25,241 nt of DNA, taken from NCBI GenBank assembly GCA_017382555.1, contig JAFOAB010000040.1, positions 1 to 25,241 of the forward strand, written 5' to 3'. Source of the DNA: Clostridia bacterium. GTDB taxonomy: Bacteria; Bacillota; Clostridia; Oscillospirales; CAG-272. The position numbers were made by a program, and so were the translations under genes. Position 1 is the first letter of the stretch, and every line of letters begins with the position of its first letter. Shown one piece after another: positions 9,060-16,412 of this stretch. The notes below the pieces were generated by a model. The model was not told where the DNA came from and searched no databases. It saw only the letters and a list, made by a program, of their open reading frames with translations.

Positions 9060-9705
9060 ACAGATCGTAGAAAATATTGACGGAACCGCAGAGACATTGC
9101 CCGACATAAACGGCGCAGATGCGGAAAACATAATAGAAGCGGTGCTTTTTGCCGCAGGTCACCCGCTTGAATATTCAAAGATAGGCAAGCTGTTCGGTGC
9201 CACACCCGGAGAGACGAAAAAGCGCATTGCCGCCTTTGCCGAAAAATTTAATGCAAATAACGGCGCACTTACCATGCTTTGCCTTGACGAGTGCGCGCAG
9301 ATATGCACGCGCGAGGAGTTTGCACCCTATATACGCGAGGCACTCGGCATCCGCAAGGGTGGAAACCTTTCCAACTCCTCCATCGAAACGCTTGCGATAG
9401 TAGCGTACAACCAGCCCGTTACACGCGTGTACATTGATACCGTAAGAGGTGTTGACTCCTCCTACGCGGTAACAAGCCTGCTTGAGCGCGGGCTTATCGA
9501 GGTTGTAGGCAGACTTGACCAGCCCGGCAGACCGATGCTTTACGGCACAACGCCCGACTTTTTGCGTTGCTTCGGTCTTAACTCCGTACGCGAGCTTCCC
9601 GAGGTGGACGGCGCTGGCAGTGCACCCGAGGTCCTCCTCAATATGACCATCGACGATATGCTGACGGAGTCCGAGGGCACCGAAGGCACCGAAGCGGCAC
9701 AATGA
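9052..9705 (+). CDS. scpB: Segregation and condensation protein B
   Basis: IEAVLFAAG, ETLAIVAYNQPVTR, PGRPMLYGTTPDFLRCFGL. Start at ATG 9052 (GGAG SD) overlaps the scpA end. Confidence 0.96.
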   Translation: MSEQIVENIDGTAETLPDINGADAENIIEAVLFAAGHPLEYSKIGKLFGATPGETKKRIAAFAEKFNANNGALTMLCLDECAQICTREEFAPYIREALGIRKGGNLSNSSIETLAIVAYNQPVTRVYIDTVRGVDSSYAVTSLLERGLIEVVGRLDQPGRPMLYGTTPDFLRCFGLNSVRELPEVDGAGSAPEVLLNMTIDDMLTESEGTEGTEAAQ

Positions 9706-10385
9706 ACGCGCTGTGGCTTATTCTGCTTATTCCGCTTTTTATTATCCTTGCCGCTTTATTTATCCGCGTGCGCTTCCGCATAATGGCGGAAAATGACGTT
9801 AAGCTGATATTGGAGCTTCCGTTTTTTAAAACGCAGCTTTATCCGGAAAAGGAAAAGCGCCCCAACCCAAAAAAATTTACACGCAAGGGGCTTGAGCGAC
9901 AGATACTTAAGGAGCGCAAAAGACAGGCAAAGCAAAACAGAAAAAGGGCCGAAAAGGCGGCAAAAAAGCAAGCGAAGGCAACAGCTCCCGCGCAGAAGCA
10001 GAAAAAGAAGCTGTCCGTTACGGAGATAATTGAGCTTGTCACTCTGCTTGCGGGCAAGCTGCTCTCAAGCCTCTCACGCCGCTTGCGCATAGACGTGAAA
10101 AGGCTGCACGTGATCGTAGCAACGGGCGATGCGGCAAGCACCGCAATAACCTACGGCGCCGCAAGTGCCGCAGTAGCCGCCCTTACGGAAACGCTGTACC
10201 TTGCCACACGCACCACACTTCCCGCCCCCGAAAACGGCGGTGTTTATGCCGACTTTACGGGTAGCAGCTCACGGGTGGATATCGACATCGTGCTTTCTAT
10301 GCGCGTTTACGGCATTTTGGCAACACTCGTCTCCCTTGCTTACAATTATCTCAAAAAACAATTCTTATCCAATACGAAAGGATGA
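9702..10385 (+). CDS. DUF2953-type (YtfI-like) membrane protein
   Basis: N-terminal hydrophobic helix, Lys-rich middle, TGDAASTAITYG motif; sits upstream of ytfJ. Confidence 0.75.
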   Translation: MNALWLILLIPLFIILAALFIRVRFRIMAENDVKLILELPFFKTQLYPEKEKRPNPKKFTRKGLERQILKERKRQAKQNRKRAEKAAKKQAKATAPAQKQKKKLSVTEIIELVTLLAGKLLSSLSRRLRIDVKRLHVIVATGDAASTAITYGAASAAVAALTETLYLATRTTLPAPENGGVYADFTGSSSRVDIDIVLSMRVYGILATLVSLAYNYLKKQFLSNTKG

Positions 10386-10390
10386 ATGAT

Positions 10391-10828
10391 ATGGCAGATA
10401 CCAATGCAACCGGAAAGATCAATGACATAATGACAGCCGCCCTTGAAAGGATACGCACCCTTGCGGACGCGCAGACCATAATCGGCGAGCCGATCCCCAC
10501 CCCCGGCGGAACCACCATCGTACCCGTTTCCAAGGTATCGGTAGGCTTTGCCTCCGGCGGACTTGACTATAACGGCAAGCAGCCCGAAAAGGCAAAGAAC
10601 TTCGGTGGCGGAGGCGGAACGGGCATAAGCGTTACCCCCGTTTGCTTCCTCGTTATCTCACCCACGGGTGCTGTTGAGCTGCTTAACGTAAATATGGCTG
10701 CCGATCCCGTGGAAAAGATTGCATCCCTCGTTGATAAGACCCCCGACATCGTCGAAAGACTTAAGGGAGTATTTGCAAAAAAGAAGGATGAAGCGCCCGA
10801 GGCTACCACCGAGGCTACCGAGGCGTAA
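10391..10828 (+). CDS. ytfJ: GerW/YtfJ-family sporulation protein
   Basis: TIIGEPI, TTIVPVSKVSVGFASGG, FGGGGGTGISVTPVCFLVI. ATG 10391 is preferred over 10382 because the AAAGGA SD is 8 nt upstream. Confidence 0.9.
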   Translation: MADTNATGKINDIMTAALERIRTLADAQTIIGEPIPTPGGTTIVPVSKVSVGFASGGLDYNGKQPEKAKNFGGGGGTGISVTPVCFLVISPTGAVELLNVNMAADPVEKIASLVDKTPDIVERLKGVFAKKKDEAPEATTEATEA

Positions 10829-10829
10829 G

Positions 10830-10859
10830 GTATAACTATGTCCGTTTCGGGCATACTTG
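10830..10859 (+). promoter_or_regulatory. Putative sigma-E-type promoter of the D,D-carboxypeptidase gene
   Basis: GTATAAC...TGTCC...CATACTTG fits the ATA-(16-18 bp)-CATAcnnT pattern; B. subtilis dacB is sigma-E dependent. Confidence 0.5.
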
Positions 10860-10863
10860 TACC

Positions 10864-11970
10864 ATGAAAAGATTTATTTTGATATTACTGTGCGCCGCAA
10901 TGCTTCCCGTATGCGTGGGCGCAGATGAGCCGAGTGTACCCCTATCCGCAAAAAGTGCTGTGCTTTACGAGGCACAGGGCGGAAGATGGGTGTACGAAAA
11001 GGATGCGGACGTACGTCTGCCGATGGCAAGCACCACAAAAATTATGACAGCGCTTATCGCCCTACGCACGCTTGAGCTTGATGCGGAGTATAAAATACCC
11101 GCAGAGGCTTGCGGTATCGAGGGCTCCTCCCTTTATCTTAAGGAGGGGGATACGGTAAGCGTGCGGGATCTTATGTACGCACTGCTTCTGCGCAGTGCAA
11201 ACGATGCCGCATCCGCACTTGCTATCCTCTCATTTGGCTCGGAGAGCGCATTTGCCGACGAAATGAATGCGGAGGCAAGGCGGCTCGGACTTCAAAACAC
11301 AAGCTTCAAAAACCCGCACGGACTTGACACGGAGGGGCATTACAGCAGTGCGCGCGATCTTGCCGTAATGCTGGATGCCGCGATGCGTGACGAGCGTTTT
11401 CTTGAGATCTGCGGGTGCGAGAAATACACCGTAGCCCTTGACGGTCGCTCGCAGGTGCTGTATAACCACAACAAGCTGCTCTATCTTACCGATTACGTTA
11501 CCTGCGGAAAAACGGGCTATACGAAAAAGAGCGGCAGATGCCTTGTAAGCGCCGCGGAAAGGGACGGCGTACGGCTTATCGCCGTAACAATGAGCGCCTC
11601 CGATGACTGGAACGACCATATAAGGCTGTTTGACTACGGCTTTGGGCGCTTTGAAAGGCGCACCGTCATAAGCAAGGCCGACCGCATATATGCGGACGTT
11701 GCGGGCGGAACAAAAGCGGGCGTGCAATGTGCCCCTACGGAGGATTTTTCCGCCGTTTTGGAAAAAGGAAGCACCGTAACGTGTGATACCCTTCTTCCCT
11801 CCCTTATCCTCGCACCGATATGCGAGGGGGAGATAATCGGCATTTTGCGCATATATGAAAACGAAAGGCTAATAGGCGAAATATGCCTCGCCGCCTGCGA
11901 GGCTATAGAATATAAGGAACAAAGGATACCGCTTATCAGGCGTATTTTCAAAGCGGTGTCGGGAAAATAG
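10864..11970 (+). CDS. D-alanyl-D-alanine carboxypeptidase (S11, DacB/DacF-like)
   Basis: Signal peptide; SxxK (ASTTK), SxN (SAN), NPHGLD and KTG motifs. Confidence 0.93.
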   Translation: MKRFILILLCAAMLPVCVGADEPSVPLSAKSAVLYEAQGGRWVYEKDADVRLPMASTTKIMTALIALRTLELDAEYKIPAEACGIEGSSLYLKEGDTVSVRDLMYALLLRSANDAASALAILSFGSESAFADEMNAEARRLGLQNTSFKNPHGLDTEGHYSSARDLAVMLDAAMRDERFLEICGCEKYTVALDGRSQVLYNHNKLLYLTDYVTCGKTGYTKKSGRCLVSAAERDGVRLIAVTMSASDDWNDHIRLFDYGFGRFERRTVISKADRIYADVAGGTKAGVQCAPTEDFSAVLEKGSTVTCDTLLPSLILAPICEGEIIGILRIYENERLIGEICLAACEAIEYKEQRIPLIRRIFKAVSGK

Positions 11971-11983
11971 AGGACATCAGCAA

Positions 11984-12703
11984 ATGGAAAAAATGAGACT
12001 TCAAAAATACTTCAGCGAGTGCGGCGTTATGTCTCGCCGTGCCGCGGAAACCGCAATTACCCAAGGTAGAGTGACGATAAACAACCGAAAGGCAGAGCTT
12101 GGCGAGAGTGTTGATCCGGATCGCGACGTTGTCTGCCTTGACGGTAAGCCCATAGCGCGCAGAAGCACCGAGTACTCCTACTATATGCTTCACAAGCCGC
12201 GCGGCTACATAACCACCCTTTCCGACGAGAAGGGCAGAAAGTGCGTTACCGAGCTTCTTACCGACATTGAGGAGCGCGTATACCCCGTCGGCAGGCTTGA
12301 CTACAACTCCGAGGGTCTTCTTATCTTCACAAACGACGGTGCGCTTGCAAACCGCCTGATGCACCCCGGCCACGGTGTTAAAAAGACCTATATCGTAGTT
12401 TCCGATTCCGCAATCGACGATATAACTGCAATGGAGCTTGCAAAGCCCGTGGAGTGCGACGGCGAAACGCTTAAGGCGGATTCCGTGGAGCTTATCTCCC
12501 CCGGTGACAAGCATTCCGTTTTGAAGATCGTTCTCTCCGAGGGCAAAAACCGCGAAATACGCCGTATTTTTGAGGCGAACGGACTTTCCGTACGCAGACT
12601 GAAGCGTATATCCATGGGTAAATTGGAGCTTGGCGACCTCAAAAAGGGCGAGGTGCGCAAGCTTACCGCCAAGGAAGTTACCTATCTTAAATCCATAAAG
12701 TGA
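11984..12703 (+). CDS. rluB: 23S rRNA pseudouridine synthase, RluB/RsuA family
   Basis: S4 domain (RLQKYFSECGVMSRR), KPRGY, YPVGRLDYNSEGL, EGKNREIRR. Confidence 0.9.
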   Translation: MEKMRLQKYFSECGVMSRRAAETAITQGRVTINNRKAELGESVDPDRDVVCLDGKPIARRSTEYSYYMLHKPRGYITTLSDEKGRKCVTELLTDIEERVYPVGRLDYNSEGLLIFTNDGALANRLMHPGHGVKKTYIVVSDSAIDDITAMELAKPVECDGETLKADSVELISPGDKHSVLKIVLSEGKNREIRRIFEANGLSVRRLKRISMGKLELGDLKKGEVRKLTAKEVTYLKSIK

Positions 12704-12713
12704 GGCACAGAAA

Positions 12714-13121
12714 ATGTTTGACGTTTTAAGTGTTCAAAATAAGGAAGATCAGAAAAATTATGCCGCACTCTGCGGCACCGAATACCTCCCCGCCGCGCTT
12801 GCCTACTCCCTTACCGTGGACGGCACCCTTGTTGGCCTTTGCCAGTTCAATATAGGCGCAGGCTACGGCGAGATCGCAAGCCTTGATGCCGTTTCCTCCT
12901 TTGAGGGAAATGCGGACGGCTCGCGTGAGCAGTATCTTGCCGCGCTTTGCCGTACCTCCCTCTCCTTTCTCGAGCTTATCGGCATAAAGGACGCGTATTA
13001 CGTGGGCGCGGAAAAGACCCGCGCACTGATGCTTATGTCGGGCTTCAAGCAGGCGGATGACGGACGCTGGCAGACGAACCTCAAGGAGCTGTTCGCGCAC
13101 TGCCCGTCGGAGGGAAAGTAA
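12714..13121 (+). CDS. Hypothetical protein, possibly a degenerate GNAT-like fold
   Basis: 135 aa with a GAGG SD, tightly packed in the operon. The pattern 'LVGLCQF...GEIASL...MSGFK' is weakly acetyltransferase-like. Confidence 0.7.
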   Translation: MFDVLSVQNKEDQKNYAALCGTEYLPAALAYSLTVDGTLVGLCQFNIGAGYGEIASLDAVSSFEGNADGSREQYLAALCRTSLSFLELIGIKDAYYVGAEKTRALMLMSGFKQADDGRWQTNLKELFAHCPSEGK

Positions 13122-14737
13122 TGAACGCAACAAAAGCACACAGAACAAGCTATATGAAAAATATCCTGCTGCCCGGATTAGTCCTGTCGGGTGCGGCAGG
13201 ATTTTTCACGGGAATACTGATATTCATATTCAAATACGCGGCAAATTACGTATTCAAGCTCTCCGATAAGATATACGAGGCGGCGCGCCTTAACCCTCTC
13301 GGCCTTGTATGGCTTGCGCTCGGCGCGGCAGCAATCGGACTTGTCGCGGAGCTGATACTGCACTTCTTCCCCGTTTTAAGAGGCGGCGGAATACCCACCG
13401 CAATTGCGGTTTTGCGCGGTATTACCCCCATAAAGTGGGCGGCAAACGTATTTTTGCTGTTCATCTCCGCGCTTCTCACCTTCCTTTGCGGTATCCCCCT
13501 CGGTAATGAGGGTCCCAGCGTTCAGATGGGTACGGCAATGGGCAAGGGTACGGTTCAGGCATTTGCAAAAAAGCATTCCGCATGGGAGCGATACATAATG
13601 ACGGGCGGTGCCTGCGCGGGCTTTGCCGCCGCTACCTCCGCACCCCTTTCCGGCATTCTTTTTGCATTCGAGGAGGCGCATCGTCGCTTCTCCCCTATGA
13701 TATTCATCACCTCCGCCTGCTCCGTAATTACGGGAACGGCGGTTTCCTACGACCTTTGCCGCATCACAAACACGAAGTTCAGCTTGTTTGAGCTTGCAAA
13801 CGTCGAAAAGATGCCCCTAAAATACGCGTGGTGCGCACTTATCATCGGTGTTGCGTGCGGTCTTGCCGCCGCAATATTCACGAAATGCTACCGCGCGGTC
13901 GGCAAATTCCTTTCCACAAAGCTGCGCCGCATTCCTTTCTTTGTAAAGACCGCATGCATATTCGTTTCCGTTGCCGTTATCGGCTACTTTATGCCTCTTG
14001 CACTCGGCACGGGACACCACCTTGCCGACGAGCTGCTTGAGGGACACGGCGTATGGTACGTGCTGATACTCGCCTTCATCATACGCGCAATGCTCCTCTT
14101 TATCGCAAACAACTCGGGCATCACGGGCGGTCTGTTCGTGCCTACGCTTGCCTTCGGTGCCATCATCGGTGCGCTTTGCGCCATTCCGCTTACAAGAATG
14201 GGTGCCCTGCCCGCAGAGCTGTTTACCGTTGCCGTGGCTGTGGGTATGACCTCGTTTATGAGTGCGAGCGCACGTACACCGCTTATGAGCATCGCATTCG
14301 CAATTGAGGCATTAAGCGGACTTCAAAATGCGATCCCCGTTATCCTCGGTGCCGCAATTGCGTACATCACCGTGGAGACGCTCGGCATCACCGCATTTAC
14401 CGATACGGTAGTGGAAAAGAAGGCGGAGCGCGCCCACAGAGGCAAGACCGCGATAGTTATCGAGGCGGAAATGACCGTCGGTAACGACGCCTTTGCCGCA
14501 GGCAAGGAGATACACGACGTGCTTTGGCCGCCGTCCTGCTCCATCCTCTCCGTACATAGGGAGGGTGTTAAGCACATCTCCCCCGCGCTTGAGGCGGGCG
14601 ACGTGCTTCATTTGCATTTCAGTACCTATGATAAGGAGCAAACGGTAGCACAGCTTTTCTCCATTCTCGGTGAGCAGGAGATGACCGTTCTTTCCGAAAA
14701 CACGGTAGACGAGAGCATCAGCGTGCCGGAGCTTTAA
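13121..14737 (+). CDS. CLC-family anion/H+ transporter with a C-terminal TrkA-C (RCK_C)-like domain
   Basis: GGGIP, GNEGP, ILFAFEE, GGLFVP motifs; multiple TM helices; soluble ~90-aa tail. Confidence 0.9.
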   Translation: MNATKAHRTSYMKNILLPGLVLSGAAGFFTGILIFIFKYAANYVFKLSDKIYEAARLNPLGLVWLALGAAAIGLVAELILHFFPVLRGGGIPTAIAVLRGITPIKWAANVFLLFISALLTFLCGIPLGNEGPSVQMGTAMGKGTVQAFAKKHSAWERYIMTGGACAGFAAATSAPLSGILFAFEEAHRRFSPMIFITSACSVITGTAVSYDLCRITNTKFSLFELANVEKMPLKYAWCALIIGVACGLAAAIFTKCYRAVGKFLSTKLRRIPFFVKTACIFVSVAVIGYFMPLALGTGHHLADELLEGHGVWYVLILAFIIRAMLLFIANNSGITGGLFVPTLAFGAIIGALCAIPLTRMGALPAELFTVAVAVGMTSFMSASARTPLMSIAFAIEALSGLQNAIPVILGAAIAYITVETLGITAFTDTVVEKKAERAHRGKTAIVIEAEMTVGNDAFAAGKEIHDVLWPPSCSILSVHREGVKHISPALEAGDVLHLHFSTYDKEQTVAQLFSILGEQEMTVLSENTVDESISVPEL

Positions 14738-14743
14738 TAAAAA

Positions 14744-14790
14744 ACATTATTTGCCCTCCCCCCTCATACAATGTATGGAGTGGGAGGGCA
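14744..14790 (+). promoter_or_regulatory. Putative sigma-E promoter embedded in an SD-sequestering hairpin
   Basis: CATTATT...TTGCCC...CATACAAT (14765-14772). TGCCCTCCC (14752-14760) pairs perfectly with GGGAGGGCA (14782-14790), which contains the SD. Confidence 0.55.
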
Positions 14791-14795
14791 TTGCT

Positions 14796-16412
14796 TTGGA
14801 AAAAACAAAAAGGTTTCTTGCAGACACGCTGATAATGACTGCGGTATCGCTTATAATGCGCACCGTGGCTGTCAGCTTCAATTCCTACGTAACGGCAAGG
14901 ATAGGCGCGGCGGGAATGGGGCTTTATACGCTGATAACAAGCGTGTACGCATTTTCCGTAACCCTTGCAACGTCGGGCATCAACCTCGGCGTTACTCGCA
15001 CAGTGGCAGAGGCACTGGCAAAAAACCGCTCCGCAAAAAAGGAAATGGCACGTGCACTTGCGTATGCCGCGTTTTTCGGCTCGCTTGCGTTTTTTGTGCT
15101 GTTTTTGGGTGCAGAGACCATCGGCAGAGATCTACTTGCCGATACACGCACAATAAAAAGCATACGCATATTCGCCGTCAGTCTGCCATTCATTGCCCTC
15201 TCCTCCTGCTTTAACGGATATTTCTGTGCCGTAAGGCGCACGTGGAAGAATGCCGCCGCCATGCTTTTCGAGCAGGCGATAAAGATATTCCTTTCCGCCG
15301 CTCTGCTTACCGTGCTTCTGCCCTCGGGCATCGAATACGCTTGCATTGCGCTTGTTCTCGGCGGTGCGCTTGCGGAAAGCGCATCCGTCCTTTTTGCGTG
15401 GCTTTTTTACCTTTTCGACAAAAGCAGAAAAACGAGCGCAAAAACGGACGGCGGAAGCATACGCGCGCTTGCCTCCGTTGCCTTGCCCGTTGCGCTTTCC
15501 GCCTACGTGCGCTCCGCGCTCGTTACCGTGGAGCATATGTTGATACCGCGCGGCCTGAAGAAATACGGACTCGACCACGAAGGCGCACTTGCCGCATACG
15601 GAGTTTTGCAGGGTATGGCACTTCCCGTGGTGCTGTATCCCGCCGCATTTTCCACCGCATTTGCCGGTCTGCTTGTACCCGAAATGACGGAATGCGCCGC
15701 ATCAAACGATAAGGCTCGCCTTGCCCGCCTTACGGAAAGAGCGATATACTCCATCCTCGTCTTTGCCGTTTGCGTTTCGGGTATTATGGTTGCGGAGGCG
15801 TACAGCATCTCCGCACTTCTCTACCCCGATACGGAGGCGGGCGGCTACGTGCGTTGTCTTGCCCTGCTTATCCCCGTAATGTACTGCGATACGGTCTGCG
15901 ACGGTATACTGAAGGGCATCGGCAAGCAGGTCTACTCTATGGCAGTGAACATATTCGATGCATCCCTAAGCGTTATCCTTGTCGCCCTTTTCATCCCCAA
16001 ATACGGCATCACCGCTTACCTTTATATCATTATAGGCTGTGAGGTCATAAATACCGCCCTCAGCCTGATAAAGGTGCTCGAGGCGACAAACGCGCGCATC
16101 TCTCCGTTGCGTGCCGTAGGCGTTCCTTTTTTCGCCATTTACATATCCGCACGCACTGTACGCGCAATCTCCCTCCGTCTTACCCCGCTGCCCGAGGGGG
16201 CGGAGCTGTTTTGCCGCATTGCGCTGTGCGTTTTTATATACTGCGGAGTTTTATATGCCCTTTCAGCATTGAAAAAAGCCTTGCCAAAGCTGTGCCGTTG
16301 TGGTAAAATAAATAAGATATCTACACAAAGGCGGTCGGCTTATGATCCTGATAATCGCGGAAAAACCCAGCCTTGCGCGCAATATTGCGGGCGCTATCGG
16401 CAATCCGAATAA
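14796..16412 (+). CDS. SpoVB-like MOP/MATE-superfamily flippase (polysaccharide/lipid II export)
   Basis: RIGAAGMGLYTLI, LATSGI, GYFCAV, EQAIKI, DGILKGIGKQ; many TM segments. TTG at 14796 follows GGGAGG by 8 nt. Confidence 0.85.
   Translation: MEKTKRFLADTLIMTAVSLIMRTVAVSFNSYVTARIGAAGMGLYTLITSVYAFSVTLATSGINLGVTRTVAEALAKNRSAKKEMARALAYAAFFGSLAFFVLFLGAETIGRDLLADTRTIKSIRIFAVSLPFIALSSCFNGYFCAVRRTWKNAAAMLFEQAIKIFLSAALLTVLLPSGIEYACIALVLGGALAESASVLFAWLFYLFDKSRKTSAKTDGGSIRALASVALPVALSAYVRSALVTVEHMLIPRGLKKYGLDHEGALAAYGVLQGMALPVVLYPAAFSTAFAGLLVPEMTECAASNDKARLARLTERAIYSILVFAVCVSGIMVAEAYSISALLYPDTEAGGYVRCLALLIPVMYCDTVCDGILKGIGKQVYSMAVNIFDASLSVILVALFIPKYGITAYLYIIIGCEVINTALSLIKVLEATNARISPLRAVGVPFFAIYISARTVRAISLRLTPLPEGAELFCRIALCVFIYCGVLYALSALKKALPKLCRCGKINKISTQRRSAYDPDNRGKTQPCAQYCGRYRQSE
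16281..16309 (+). promoter_or_regulatory. sigma-A promoter of topB, inside the flippase 3' end
   Basis: TTGCCA-17bp-TAAAAT with an extended TG. Confidence 0.7.

Noticed and set aside
9671-10825. Short 9-bp tandem units at the ends of scpB (EGT-EGT) and ytfJ (EAT-TEAT)
   Set aside because: Low-complexity acidic tails; too short to indicate a functional repeat or phase variation.
13121-14737. Fluoride exporter (CLC-F) assignment
   Set aside because: Lacks the GNNLI, GREGT and GEVTP signatures, and no fluoride riboswitch was seen upstream.
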